A stretch of DNA of 63,303 nt, filler included, from Trichodelitschia bisporula (Eukaryota): assembly GCA_010356995.1 (NCBI GenBank). It is 9 parts of 5 records of this genome, joined end to end, with 100 filler letters (N's around TTAATTAATTAA, not from the genome) between each part and the next. Parts side by side here need not be neighbours in the genome. Positions count along the whole stretch, not along the records: positions 39,195 to 59,721 come from ML996691.1; 8 more parts are not named here. One strand, given 5' to 3'. Positions 46,992-59,821 of this stretch are shown here, in pieces; the stretch's first letter is position 1, and each line of letters begins with the position of its first letter. The translations under genes and the position numbers were made by a program. Below the pieces are notes generated by a model. The model was not told where the DNA came from. It saw only the letters and a program-made list of their open reading frames with translations, and searched no databases.

Positions 46992-49055
46992 ATCAATTAT
47001 ACATATTGATTGATGGCAAAAGTGCTAGTTGCCATTCAATAGGCGCACACAGGGCTTTGCGCTCGCGGGACTCCGATGAGGCATGGACTGCTTTCTTTTG
47101 ACCCGACGATGCTCACGATGCAACCCCCCACGTAGGCAGTACGCGTTATTATGTCCTCCGCAATGAGTTATAAGTCACTCGCCGCCCGAGAGGTGAGCAG
47201 CCCTCATGAGGAAAGATTTTCACCGCCCGCAACAGCGCCTCCCTTCACCAAGCGCTCGTGACCACAAGACACTAAACTACCCCTCCTTCATACCACTTCG
47301 TCATCGGTTGCCAATGACTCGAAGCAGTGCTTGATGACCTCCCCCAATTCCTCTCCCTCTCTCAACTTCTAGGCCCCTCGATCGCCTCCGACGGAATCGA
47401 TGCCGGTACTTCTTCAGCAGCTTCCGCTAGCAATACCAGAACCCGGTTAGACGTTCTAAAGGGACCCGCCCATACGGCTAGCGAAAGCCTGCATCTCATT
47501 TCCATTACTCGATAGGAGCAATCGCGTCGGCCAGCTCCGAGAGACATCTCTAACCCGTGGCCGCTGTCGGGGCCGTCGCCCAACAACACACCTAGCATCA
47601 ACTGCGGCACCGTCAGCTCCACTTCATTAAAGCGATAATAACAGAGACAGCGACCACCAGGGCAGCAAGGAAGTTCGCAAAATCTCTTCTTCCGGGTCAA
47701 GCGGCAAGGCGGCCAGAGTGGATTCGAGTCCGGCTCCATATCCCATTGGCGGCACGATGTTTCTATTACTCGATCAACGGCGGCACGAGCCAGCGACAGT
47801 GATATCCACGAAGTCAGGGTCAAATTTCGCTACTCTGCATGCAGACAGAATTGTTGAGAGTGGGGCGCGGGAAGATATCGTCGAAGAAATGGATACTCAT
47901 TGAACCTCTGGCTTACCCCGTGAGTATCCAATGCGTTCCAGCTGCGACTCTCTATACATCCGTAGTTGTCGTTCAGACACCCTCGTAGCTCAGGTACGTA
48001 CCATGCGGAGCCCCCCCCGGACCGCGCACTAACCCCATCCCCAGCCCTGTCAATCTCTTACTCGATCAGAACCGTTCCGATCGAGTAACCGCGGAAGCAC
48101 CCGGCATGACGCAGCAAGCGGCGGTCTAGCCTCGTGCGCGATCGGCAAATCAGCCACCAGCCTCAGCCGATAGCCCTGCGTTTGTGCGGAGCTGCACACG
48201 CCTGTTGTGCGTCCAGTTATTGGCCAATTGGCCCGTTTTTCTGGACCAAATGCACCCCGTTTGGCCGTAGCGCAGATACGGCGCGATAAGCACACTTCGC
48301 TCAATCCAACCGACGCTTATCGATTTCGACTTCTTTCCGGCCTTCCTCCACTTCTAAATCGGACGTTACGGGCGGGTTGGTGCTTCTGGATAGCCGAAAT
48401 GTCGTTTACTGGGGTACAGCGCAAGCTAGAATGTCTCCACATTGCCATAATGCATCGGACCGCCAGCCTTATCAGGGGGGACCGTTGCGCGCGTTCAGCT
48501 TCCGCTCCTGACTTCCGGTGCTAACACCACCTCGAAGCATCCAGCTCCCCCGGCCCAGGAATTTCCATCGAGTAATCCATCCGTCGACGGCAAGCCGCGG
48601 TGAATCCAGCGACTTCGGCACGGCGATCCCTCACCCCAGCGTACACCCGCTTCCGGACGGATGCATGCTCAATTTTGTACTGGGGAGGGGGAGGGTAAGC
48701 GGGCTGCTGCGGGTCTTTGGGGAAGATAGATAAGGGGACCTGCACCCCACATTTCATGCTATCTCGTTCCTGCGTACCCCAGCTTTGTCTTTGTCCTTGT
48801 ACTTCAACTCTCACTGCAGCCATTCGTCGCTGACAATCACTTCCCGCGCGCGCTTCTTCCCTTGACCGCGTTCTTTGTCCCTTATCGCAGGCTTATCAAT
48901 CGCTGTCTCAAGCGCTGTCAAATACCGCATACCGAAATCTTCCGTGAACCTCACCGGCTACCAGTATAAAGATCTACGCCACGCCTTGATCCTCCAACTC
49001 AATCCGGACCTCACCTCATCGTCACCTTCACCACCATCCCCTCAACCAGACCACC

Positions 49056-50609
49056 ATGGCTCCCCACGCAACCTCCCCCCCCCGCTCCGCCGCCTCCCCC
49101 CCCTCCACCCCCTTCGAGCACCCCGCAATCACCGTCCTAGCCTCCAAACGCGCCGTCATCGCCGGCCGGCTCACCGCCGCAACAATCATCATCTCCACCG
49201 AAACCGGCAAAATAACCTCCATCTTCGACTCCATCCTGCCCGCCTCCAGCTTCCCCCCCGACACCCCGTACCACGACTACACACCGCACATCCTCCTCCC
49301 CGGCCTCGTCGACGCCCACGTCCACCTCAACGAGCCCGGCCGCACGGAATGGGAAGGATTCTGGACCGGCACCAGGGCCGCCGCCTTCGGCGGCGTGACC
49401 ACCGTCGTCGACATGCCCCTCAACGCCATCCCACCCACCACCACCGTCGCCAACCTCACCACCAAAATCGCCGCAGCCCAGGGCAAATGCTGGGTCGACG
49501 TCGGCTTCTACGGCGGCCTGATCCCCGGCAACTCGTCCGAGCTTCCCGGGCTCGTTGACGCCGGAGTCCGCGGCTTCAAAGGCTTCCTAATCGACAGCGG
49601 CGTCGAGGAATTCCCCGCCGTGTCCTCGCTCGACATATCCAAGGCCCTGAGCGTGCTCGCCGATTCTCCGACTACAGTCATGTTCCACGCCGAAATGGTG
49701 CCCCCCATCACTGCCTCCGTCGGCGACGAAGTCCAACACTCCGACCTGCCGCCTATGGTCCCCTCCGGCCCGCTGGACCACTACAGCACGTTCCTGGACT
49801 CCCGCCCGCCGAGCTTCGAGACCTACGCTATCGCCGAGATTCTCTCCCTCGCACACCTGGCCCCCAAGCTTCCCTTGCACATAGTCCACCTCTCCGCCGC
49901 CACCGCCCTCCCCATGCTCCGCGCCGCCAGGGCGAGCGGCGTGAACATCACCGCCGAGACGTGCTTCCACTACCTCGCGCTCGCAGCCGAGGACATCGCG
50001 CCGGGGGACACGCGGCACAAGTGCTGCCCGCCGATCCGCTCGCGCTCCAACAACGACGAGCTGTGGACGGAACTGCAGTCTTGCACCGGGCCCGGGGAAG
50101 CGGACGCTGTGATCCAGACCGTGGTGTCGGATCACAGTCCGTGCACGCCTTCGCTAAAACTGCTCCCCTCGAGTGTAGCGGCGCGGGTGGACGGCGAGGC
50201 GGAGCCGGAACAAGCGGGGGACTTCTTCGCCGCGTGGGGCGGAATCAGCAGCGTCGGTCTCGGACTCAGCATCCTCTGGACCGAAGGGCGGAAACGGGGA
50301 ATAACAGTCGAAGACGTCGTGCGGTGGTGCTGCAAGAACACAGCCAAGCAAGTCGGGCTCCAAGGGACAAAGGGTGATTTGCGGGTTGGGTATGATGGGG
50401 ATGTAGCGGTTTTTGATCCGGAGGGGAGTTTCGTGGTTGAGCATAGTAGTATGTTGTTTAGGAATAAGTGCTCGCCGTATGAGGGGAGAGAGATGAGGGG
50501 CGTGGTGCGGGCGACGTGGGTTAGGGGGAGGAAGGTGTATGATCGCGCGGGGGGGTTTGGGAAGGGGGGGCCTAGTGGGAAGGTATTGCTTGAGCGGCGG
50601 ACGGTGTGA
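49056..50609 (+). CDS. DAL1: Allantoinase
   Basis: LPGLVDAHVHLNEPGRTEWEGF, GGVTTVVDMPLN, GFKGFLIDSGVEEFP, FHAE, HIVHLS, ETCFHYL, KCCPPIR, SDHSPC, AWGGISS. Confidence 0.96.
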   Translation: MAPHATSPPRSAASPPSTPFEHPAITVLASKRAVIAGRLTAATIIISTETGKITSIFDSILPASSFPPDTPYHDYTPHILLPGLVDAHVHLNEPGRTEWEGFWTGTRAAAFGGVTTVVDMPLNAIPPTTTVANLTTKIAAAQGKCWVDVGFYGGLIPGNSSELPGLVDAGVRGFKGFLIDSGVEEFPAVSSLDISKALSVLADSPTTVMFHAEMVPPITASVGDEVQHSDLPPMVPSGPLDHYSTFLDSRPPSFETYAIAEILSLAHLAPKLPLHIVHLSAATALPMLRAARASGVNITAETCFHYLALAAEDIAPGDTRHKCCPPIRSRSNNDELWTELQSCTGPGEADAVIQTVVSDHSPCTPSLKLLPSSVAARVDGEAEPEQAGDFFAAWGGISSVGLGLSILWTEGRKRGITVEDVVRWCCKNTAKQVGLQGTKGDLRVGYDGDVAVFDPEGSFVVEHSSMLFRNKCSPYEGREMRGVVRATWVRGRKVYDRAGGFGKGGPSGKVLLERRTV

Positions 50610-50763
50610 ATGGGTGGCGTTTTTGGGGCGGGGGATTTGTTTGGGTGGGCTTTTGTGAGTTCGGTTGGCGTTGCGTTGCCTGGTGGCGCGCGGTTGATAT
50701 GAGTAATGAGCTGCTTTGATATGGAATGTTGGTTTGTGTTGTGAGGTACTGTCACTGTTCGCT

Positions 50764-51290
50764 GGATTGCTTGTTCTGACTCGCGCGGTCTATCATCAAC
50801 GATAGGATCGGGAGTCTCATCTCCCTTACGGTAAAGCTCCCTGTAAACCGCTGTTTCCTTCGGCCATCTCTCGAAAACCGGTGCGCTAGACGCGCGAGTG
50901 AACGTTGAACATGGGTTCAGAATTGTGCGTCCGCCGACACTGGTTGACGTGACATCAGGGAAGCGAAAAGCAAACATCTTGGATTGAGAACTGAGATGAA
51001 GGAAGAAGCGCTGAGTTACAAGTGGATCGCTTGTTCTGACTTGAGCAGTCTATCGTCAACGTTGAGATCGGGAGTACCATCTCGACCTTGGTAAAGCTCC
51101 CAGTAAGCGGTTATTTCCTTCGGCCATCTCTCGAAGACTGGTGCGCTGAACACTCGGGCGAACTTTTAGACATGTGTTGAAAATGGTGTGTCTGCCGACG
51201 CTTACTGACATGACGTCAAAAAAGCGAAAAGCAAACAACTTGGATCATGAACTGAGATGAAGGAATGCTAAGTTGCAACTGCCCTCCTTG
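50764..51290 (+). repeat. Diverged ~260-bp tandem duplication, with a third partial copy at ~54795-54915
   Basis: Both units carry GCTTGTTCTGAC..GATCGGGAGT..TTCCTTCGGCCATCTCTCGAA..AAGCGAAAAGCAAAC..CTGAGATGAAGGAA. Confidence 0.85.
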
Positions 51291-51449
51291 TCCTGCCTCC
51301 CAAACGTTGTCAAGATGCCAGTGTCCTTCTCCTTCTCTCCATGCTCCATATGGTGAGTGCACACCAGAGCCCCTTCCCAAACCAGCACAACGCCCAGTGC
51401 CTATCCGACCAAGGTGTGCAAAACACAGCTCTCCGCTGATAACAAAGAC

Positions 51450-54023
51450 TCAAACCGGAGTTGCCCTTCCACTTCCGGGAAGTGCCCCATGAGATCCCCC
51501 CACAAACTCCCATCCGTCCCCTGTCTTCACCAGTTCCACTTCCATGCCTTTCGCCACCAGTTCCATCTCCGTCACACTCCCTGCCGGCCCATGAAGCTTT
51601 CCCGAGTTCGCAAAAACAAACGGCAAAACTGACGACTTCCACAGTGGTTGATTGTCATCGTAGGTTGATTGAACTACCGCGATGGCCAAAAACACGGCAC
51701 CCAGGACGAGGGCCACCGCCGGCATCGCCATCCACCAGCCATCAAACTCCGTACATACGTCAGTCTGCGAAGCCGTGCCGTACACAAATTCGGTTTGGTT
51801 CGTGTCTCTGTTGATACCCATCAGTCGCATCCGCGCCGTTAGTGTTTCGACCATGACGCCGATGGTACCCGTAATGGTTCGGTGGGTCGCATTCCCGCCT
51901 CTGTAAAGGCCGTTGAGCCACCATGAATCCGGCTGCTTCCCGGTCGGGCACATCACATTATTAAAGTCGCGGTACTTTGAAAACCAGGGCCCTCCCATCT
52001 TTGAGCTGTGCACTTGGTCCTGTTCCCACGGCGTTGAGGGGATTTGGCAGCTGCCCGACAGGGTCGTGGAAAGAAACGCATTTACTGCAATAAAGAAGCG
52101 GCCTGAGATGGGGTTGATGCAGTCCATGGGTAGATTCACGCTGGGCCCGCCTTCAATATCGGCGGTAAAAGTGGCATTCGTCGTGGGCTGTTTATATCCG
52201 TCAGGTCCGTATACGCCTTGTAATACACTTGCGCCTCGATGCGCCACGTCGGGAGCAAATCCGTTTAGCTTCGTTAGCCACAAAAAAACCCCGTTGACGA
52301 AGCAATGCCTCTTGAGTCCGGCAAATGGCCGGTAGACGTACTGTTGGTCTTCGTTGGTCTCGGCCTGGACAAACTCCGCCTGATTAGGGCTGTCGAACAG
52401 CGGCGCGGGGATTTCGGACACCAGCGTTTCGGTAAGTTGGCCTTCTTGAACTTGGCCATAGTAGTGCCGCGTGCATGGGTAGAGAATGCATGTTGTAGAG
52501 ATATAGTTGAAGGCCGCAAATGCATCCGTAAAATCAGTGCTCGTATTCATCTTCAAGGTACCCGCCCGATCACAGTTCCAGATGTAGTTGCCGGGCATAT
52601 GTGGGTCTGGACTTCCTCTGCGACAACCTATAGATGTAGTCGCCAGTGATGTCCAAGTTAACGCATTTGGGATTGTTGCTTTGAATTTTTCGTCTGCTAC
52701 GGATAGCATCCAGTCCAAGGAGCCACCAAACTTAGATACAAGGCAGGAGAAAGGGGGAGCCGTGATGTTTAGTCCGTTGGGTAGACCCACAAAGGCGGGA
52801 GCTGTGGTTGTTCTGTTCGAAAGGTCCGGAAACCATTTGATCAAGCTTGTTGTGTCTATGCACTTTGTACACATTGCAATCGTAGAATGGGTGACATTAT
52901 TGTCCGAAGGGAAAGTGCAGTTACCGGTTCCGCAGCCCCCGAAAAGGTCCGAGAGGGTTGATTGATTTGTGGACGGGTTTGCCAGGGCACCAACAAGTGC
53001 GCCTTTTGTCCCACCATCGAGGGACCACCCACCATCGGTGGTCCAAGAGTTCTCACCGCTTGGGCTCATTGCTCCTTCTCCGATTTTGCTTGCCGTCTGC
53101 AAGAACGGTTGGAAGTTCGGAGAGTCTCTTTTGCAAGGTACTGAGCGAATGGCCTGCTGCGTAAACGGCCCGATAGCGAAGGAGGCAATTGTCAGAAAGC
53201 ACCCCAATTGGGCGACAGAGCTGGATTTGTAAGTGGATGTCTGCGCTGATCAGGGCACCTACAATGATCGAAGGCGAATGGGGAACAGGAATGAACCCCA
53301 TGGCCCACGACTGGCCTTGTCGAAGTACGATAGGTGCAGAAGCGGACGAGGTTGACGATGCCAGTACCATTTCAGCTGGCTGATTACTGGCTTCGTTAGT
53401 ATCTATAAGGCTCGTAAAACCCACAGCTGACCTTCTTCGACAACAGAGACCAGACAAGCGCGCAGAATTGTTGACATCACAGCAGCTAACGTGTTCAAAT
53501 TGATTCTGTACTTCCACTTCGGCTGAACCTTGCCATGGTACGTCGCTAGGACACTCATTATGGCAGCTAATAAGCTGAAGCCGAGAAGGAGGATACCAGC
53601 TTCCGTCCACCACCCTTTCAAAGAAGGCGACTTCTTGCCCGAAGAAGGGGCGGGCCCCTTTTCGGTACGTTTCGAGCGACCGGACTCCGTCATCGAGGCG
53701 GCGGGGCTTGCCCGTACTCGTACCCGCGGGAGGCTCGCGGCCAGGTGCTCGAGTCTTGCTGCGACTCCGGCTCTCATGGGGATTGGCGCTGGCGGTTCGG
53801 TATGCTCTCCATCGGGTACAGTGTGCCCTGTCGCTCGGAGCCCGGCGTCCTCTCCATCAGGTACATTGTGCATTGTCGCTGGGAGCCCAGCATCCCCTCC
53901 ATAAGGAGCAGAGTGCATTGTGGCTTGGAGCCCGGCGTCCTCCCCATCTTCCGCCCGTCCGTGTACATTCACTCCCCGTCTGGCATCTTGGTCTTCCGCG
54001 GCAATGTGCTGGTACCTGATCAT
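51450..54023 (-). CDS. DUF3176 family membrane protein, paralog B
   Basis: Same motifs and intron positions as paralog A; N-terminal 15-aa repeats (GEDAGLxATMHxxPD). Confidence 0.85.
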
Positions 54024-55439
54024 TTTGGTGAGCTGATGAAAGATGCAAACATGAGTACTGGTTTAGCCGACCTCCGTAGGCTTTCTTTGACTTTGTAGAC
54101 AACCCCGCGCGGAGGGGCGCAGCCCTCCCACAGTCATGTCTGCCTCACGGAGAGTTCAAACCAATTATCGATGCGTCCACCTTATATCGATAGGGCGTGC
54201 GTGCATGAAGGCGCAGCAGATGAAGCGAGAGACGGTCGAATGTCATGGCGTCCGTCCTTGGCAGCCTGATCGCGAGCGACGATTGTTCCCCATCCGCGCT
54301 CCGCAGCCCTCATGGCCATCCGAATGGGAATCCAATCACAGCATCAAGGACGGACGCCGAGCAGCGCCACCACGGGAAGTACACTTAACCTTACTCCTAA
54401 CGGAGGATAATTATGCGCCAAGGACGCAGGCAACATCGAGAAATCGCACTACCATTCCCTTTCGAGACGCCGACGCATTCCACTGTGTACAATTACTGCC
54501 AAATTGAACGAGGCATACTGGTCTGCATGCACTGCGGGCCCGAGATAACTTTATTGAAATGGCGGGGCTGCGACGGAAAAGCGCAGTCGCGATCAGGCTG
54601 CGGCACCGAGGCTCCGAACTGATGTCACTAGCTCACAGAGCGTGGTATTGCCCCTCAGAATCATGACACCGCGTCGCATAGCTAATGTATTCATCGTAGA
54701 GCGTATTGCGAATGAGTGCCCTTGATTAGATGCCGAGCGCGTGCCGGATACTCGTACCATATGCAGCTCAGAAAGAACTTAAAAGGAAAGCGAGGATGGT
54801 GCGTCTGCCGACGCAGGCTGACGTGAAGTCAAGAAAGCAAAAGCAACAAACGTAGATTGACTGCAAATCTGAGATGAAGATGATAAGAATGAGGTGCAAC
54901 TGTTCTCTCAACTTTTGTCTTGGACGTGCCAAGGCACTACCCGTAGTGCAACCACTGCTCCTCCGGTAGCAATTCGATCCAGTCAAATCAAATCACCTTC
55001 AGTTCTAGAGAACTTTGCAACCAGTATTGAGCACATACGGCCATAGGTCACAGACATATACCTGTGTTCCCGGGAAAATAGCCGCCAAATCCGGCGGTTT
55101 GTAACGGCGTTCCTAGCGTCAGATTTCCCCAATGCAGGCTTCCAAGAAGTCGGGCGCTTAGAGTGTTCAGTATGCCTGTTGATGGCTAGCAAATTCCAGC
55201 GGACGAATTATATGAATTAGAAAATCTAAAATGTGGCTTACCCCGCATCGAGAATCAGCCCTCCGCCACTTTGTCTAGCTTCCGCCTCGTGCCCCTCTTG
55301 GGTCTCTCCATCGCCGCCGCCTCAATGCGTCCTCCCGCATGCCGGTTTTTCGTCTCGCCCACCCCTTCGTCTCGCCCGCCTCTTCGTCTTGCCCACTTCT
55401 TAATCTCGTTTTAACCCTTGCCTCGCCTACCTTTTCGCC

Positions 55440-55690
55440 TGATCTCGCCCTAGCAGCCACGCTGCCCGAGCACAGACTGCCTACTTGGCTCGCGTGGGGC
55501 ATTGAGGCGGGCGTGTCGGGCGCGCTGGCGGATGAGGACGGGGGCGTACGAGGGCTTGTTGCTGAGCGTTAAGTTGATTGGCGACCTCAATGTGCCGCAC
55601 GGGCAGCACACGTTCGTGGCGCCAGATATTGGGAGCCTGAATTTCGTGCGGTGTGCGCGGGAGGAGCCGTCCGGGGGGAGGGGCAGCGTG
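55440..55690 (+). pseudogene. Degenerate fragment resembling the C-terminus of fungal F-box / Cyclin_D1_bind proteins
   Basis: YEGLLLSVKLIGDLNVPHGQHTFVAPDIG..VRCAREE resembles the KLTGDPNVPRGEYTFIA motif. Confidence 0.45.
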
Positions 55691-57073
55691 CTGGTCAGCA
55701 GCGAGGTGGCGTCGGTGATTAGGCTGGCTTCCGAGGGGGAGCCAGTGCTATGGACGAAGCCACGGTGGGTCAGGGTTAGGACGTGGGTATGTGTGGGTTC
55801 TGCAGGCGCCTGGACGAGAAGTAGGAGTAGGGAGGTACGAGGGTCACGAACTGGCGGAGGTTTCGGCGGTGCTGCGGGGGGGTCGGGAACTGCGGGTAGT
55901 TTTGCTTGCGTCCACCAGATGAGTTGCTGCAGCTGCTGGTAGTAGACTGGTAGTAGTAGAGGTTAACCGTTGGGCCGCAGGAGGGGCTGTGCGGGAGAGG
56001 TTGCTAGAAGGGTGGCTGCGTGAAGGTGCGGGGGGCGGTGGGGTAGTTGCCCATGAAGGTTTACACACCGGAAAGCGACACGCTGATACGTAAGGCTTTG
56101 CGCGGCGTGACTTGCTACGGGTATGCCTAGGTGATTTCCGATAGCCCATCCGACGAGGGGAGAGCTGGGCGCGGTTTATTCGCAAACGAAGAGGTGGTGG
56201 AATGGGGTACTTGCGAGGCCGGGAATGCGATGGATTCGGGCCACATGGGGCCGCTTGATGGACGGGAGGAGCCGCTAGGCTAGTTCGAGGGGAAGCTAGG
56301 CGCTGTCTAACACTTCAACCTTTTGCCATTGTTGGCCTGTTGACGACAAGTTGTGGAGTTGTAGATGGACAATCGTTTCTCCTCGATGGGGATGAGGCCT
56401 TTCCTTCGCAGTTGGAACAGCCGTACGCTCCCGCGGGCTCAATTGTTCCACGGTACTGTATGTTTCTCAAGTCCGCGCTGACGACACGATACAACATGAC
56501 TGATACGATGTCGTCTGCTCAACTCCAATCGAGCCTTTAATCCAGCACCAGGACGCTTGCTGACACCGATCTCACACATTATCCAGCCACCTCTTCCACA
56601 GAATCAACTACGTATCTCCTCCATCAGAACAGTCTGTATGCCCCATCTGTCCCTGACTGCGCTGCCAAACTCCCTCCCAAAACCATAACCGCCACTCCGG
56701 CATCCTCCTGAGCCTGTTTATGCTCGAGCCCTGGTCAGTCTCGATATCCCGTACAGCACCTACAACGCAGGCATAGACGACGCAAGCAGCGTGGGCGGTG
56801 CAAACATGGATGAACAACCGGGTATGTCCTCCAGCGAAGTCTTCGTCTATGAACTGATCAGTTAGTAGGATAACTTGATGCCCCGTGGCATGTGGCTGTG
56901 TCTCCTCCAATCTCGTCCTCCCCTCCGCGCCCGACAGCTCACAGCCTCATTCTTGGCATTCTGCCCCGCAGGCGATCTCAGCTGGAAGCCCCAAAGCCTC
57001 GCCTTCAACCTCGAGTTCCACTCCTGCATTTTCACAAGCCCGCAATTTCTTCACTAAAATCATTATTTCCAAG

Positions 57074-59721
57074 ATGCCACCCGCAAAGCGGGTCCGGACA
57101 CGGGGCCACTTCTGTGCCTCTTCCGGCCTTTCACCACCCTCCTCACCTGTTGCTGGCGAGACCACCACACCTGCCCCCACGAGCAGTGTCGGCCAGACTT
57201 CATCTTTACCACTTGCCCCTCAGAGAGCTACTAACAGTGGGCCAGCCCGCCGACTTCGTCATGAAGACTACACAATAGGATGGATATGCGCTCTCCCGAT
57301 GGAACTTGCGGCAGCTCAAGAGATGCTTGATGAGGAGCATCAGAGTCTCCCTCAGAATGCGGCTGATTCCAACGTCTATGTGCTTGGCCGCATCGGTGGA
57401 CACAATGTCGTGATTGCGTGCCTACCCGTAGGCCAAATGGGAACCAATGCGGCAGCTTCGGTTGCTGCCCAGATGCAGTTGGCATTCAGCTCAGTCCGGC
57501 TCGGCCTGATAGTGGGCATCGGAGGTGGTGTGCCGAGTACAGCTGATGTACGGCTTGGGGATGTCGTCGTCAGTCAACCGTTCAAGGATCACGGCGGGGT
57601 AGTGCAGTACGACTTCGGCAAGACGACACCAGACAAGTTTGAACGGACTGGATCCCTCAATTCTCCCCCGCAGGTCTTCCTGAAGGCGATAGCAAGCCTA
57701 AAGGCCAATAACCTCCGAGAGAGAGTCGGGTTCTTGCATTCTCTTTCGAAGCTCGCCCAGTACCGAAGATTTGCACGGGACAACGCCGGGCCAGATGATC
57801 TATACCACGTTACCTACAATCATGAGGGAGGACCTGACGACTGCCAGAAGTGCCGGAAAGAGTACGTGGTACGGCGGCAGCCGCGCGGCGAGGATGTTGT
57901 TGTCCATTACGGCACCATAGCCTCCGGGAACCAAGTCATGCGCGATGCCAAGGAAAGAGACAAAGTCAGCACGAAGCTTGGAGGCGTACTCTGCTTTGAA
58001 ATGGAGGCGGCGGGGCTCATGAACAGTTTTCCGTGCCTTGTTGTGCGGGGAATATGCGACTACTCTGATACGCATAAGAACAAGAGCTGGCAGCCGTACG
58101 CGGCGGGGACGGCGGCAGCGTACGCTAAAGAGCTTCTATTGGTGGTTCCGCCGGCCAAAGTCGAGATGCCAGAATATCCATCCGCGCCGGCAATGCTCCT
58201 AAACTTGCCCAGGGCTGCAGACACACCATCCAACCCATACGAGCGGAAAAAAGCGCCTTGCCTGATTGGTACCCGGGTCGAACTTCTCAAAGAGATCTAC
58301 GCCTGGGCTTACGGGGAGAATTCGCCAAATATTTTCTGGTTAAGTGGTTTAGCTGGCACCGGCAAGTCCACCGTGGCTCAAACTGTGGCCGCCGAATGTT
58401 TTAAGAAGGGAAGGCTTGGAGCCAGCTTCTTCTTCTCGCGAAGTGGCGCAGATGTCCGGCATGCCGGCAAGTTCGTGACAAGCATCGCAGCGCAACTTGC
58501 AGACAATGTGCCGGGGGCAAAGCAGTCTCTATACAAGGCACTGAAGGAAAGAGATACCATCACTGAAGAGCCTATCCGCAGTCAGTGGCATCATCTCATC
58601 CTCGGTCCCATGTCGAAGCTCGAAGGCGACACCTCCCCTACTCCGCACATCCTGGTGGTCGATGCCCTGGACGAATGCGAGGGCGAGGACGACATAGGGG
58701 AAATTCTGAATCTCTTTTGGTTGCTGAGGAAAACCCGGCTCCGGCTGTTTTTAACGAGTAGACCTGAAGTACCAATCCGGTCTCAGTTATCTGAAATTCC
58801 AACAAGCGAGCACCTGGACTTGGTGCTCCACAGCATTGAGAAGTCGACTGTTGACAATGATATCCGCTTCTTTCTACGACACGAGCTCGAACGGCTAGCC
58901 CGGGGACGCTCTTTTGACAAAGATTGGCCAGGCGAGCAAGCCATCGATTCTCTTGTCCGGAACGCCAGTGGTCTGTTCATCTGGGCTGAAACCGCATGCC
59001 GCTTTGTTCAACAAGGAAGAACATTGGCTCCCAAGAAACTAAGCTTGATCCTCGGTCAAAGCCACAGCACTGTGAAAGTGCCAGAGAAGCATCTCGACGA
59101 GATCTACGCGACTGTTCTTCGCCAATCCCTTACCAACTATGAAGGCGATGATGCAGAGGAGGTGCGATCCACATTGAAGGAACTGCTTGGAAGCATCGTG
59201 ATCCTGTTCAATTCACTTTCCATCCCGTCCTTGAGCAGGCTACTCGGCCAGAATGTGGGACAGGCACTGGATGATCTTCACGCCATTTTGGACATTCCAA
59301 AGGAACCAGGTGACGCACTCCGTTTACATCACCCTTCGTTTCGTGACTTCCTTCTCAATCCAGGGAGAAGCGGGAAAACCGGTATCTGGGTTGATGAAGA
59401 GGAGGCGCATCAAGCCCTTGCCACGAAATGCATACAGGTCATGTCTGACTTCCTTACGCAGGACATGCTTGGAATAGGTCGGCCTGGAGTACTCAAGACC
59501 GAGGTCGACAGTCATGAGGTTGAAGGCTCCCTCCATCCTGAGAAGCAGTATGCATGCCTCTACTGGATACGGCATCTTCATAAGAGTGGATCTCAGCTCA
59601 ACGATGACGGTGAAGTTCATCAGTTCCTGAAGGAGCATCTCCTTCATTGGCTTGAGGCGCTTGGATGGATGCAAAAGGTTTCCGAAGGGTTCCATGCCAT
59701 CGTGTCTTTGGAGTCCATGAT
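57074..59721 (+). CDS. NLR: PNP_UDP_1 - NACHT (repeat domain lost in gap)
   Basis: MPPAKR start; [51 protein letters not shown]; open to the gap. Confidence 0.93.
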
Positions 59722-59821
59722 NNNNNNNNNNNNNNNNNNNNNNNNNNNNNNNNNNNNNNNNNNNNTTAATTAATTAANNNNNNNNNNNNNNNNNNNNNNN
59801 NNNNNNNNNNNNNNNNNNNNN

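Noticed and set aside
48875..49558. Arg/Pro-rich 227-aa ORF overlapping DAL1
   Set aside because: Alternate-frame by-product of C-rich codon usage.
56885..57073. Extra 63 codons at the start of the 962-aa NLR ORF
   Set aside because: Non-ATG start; paralogs share the downstream AAGATG(C/G)CACC start.
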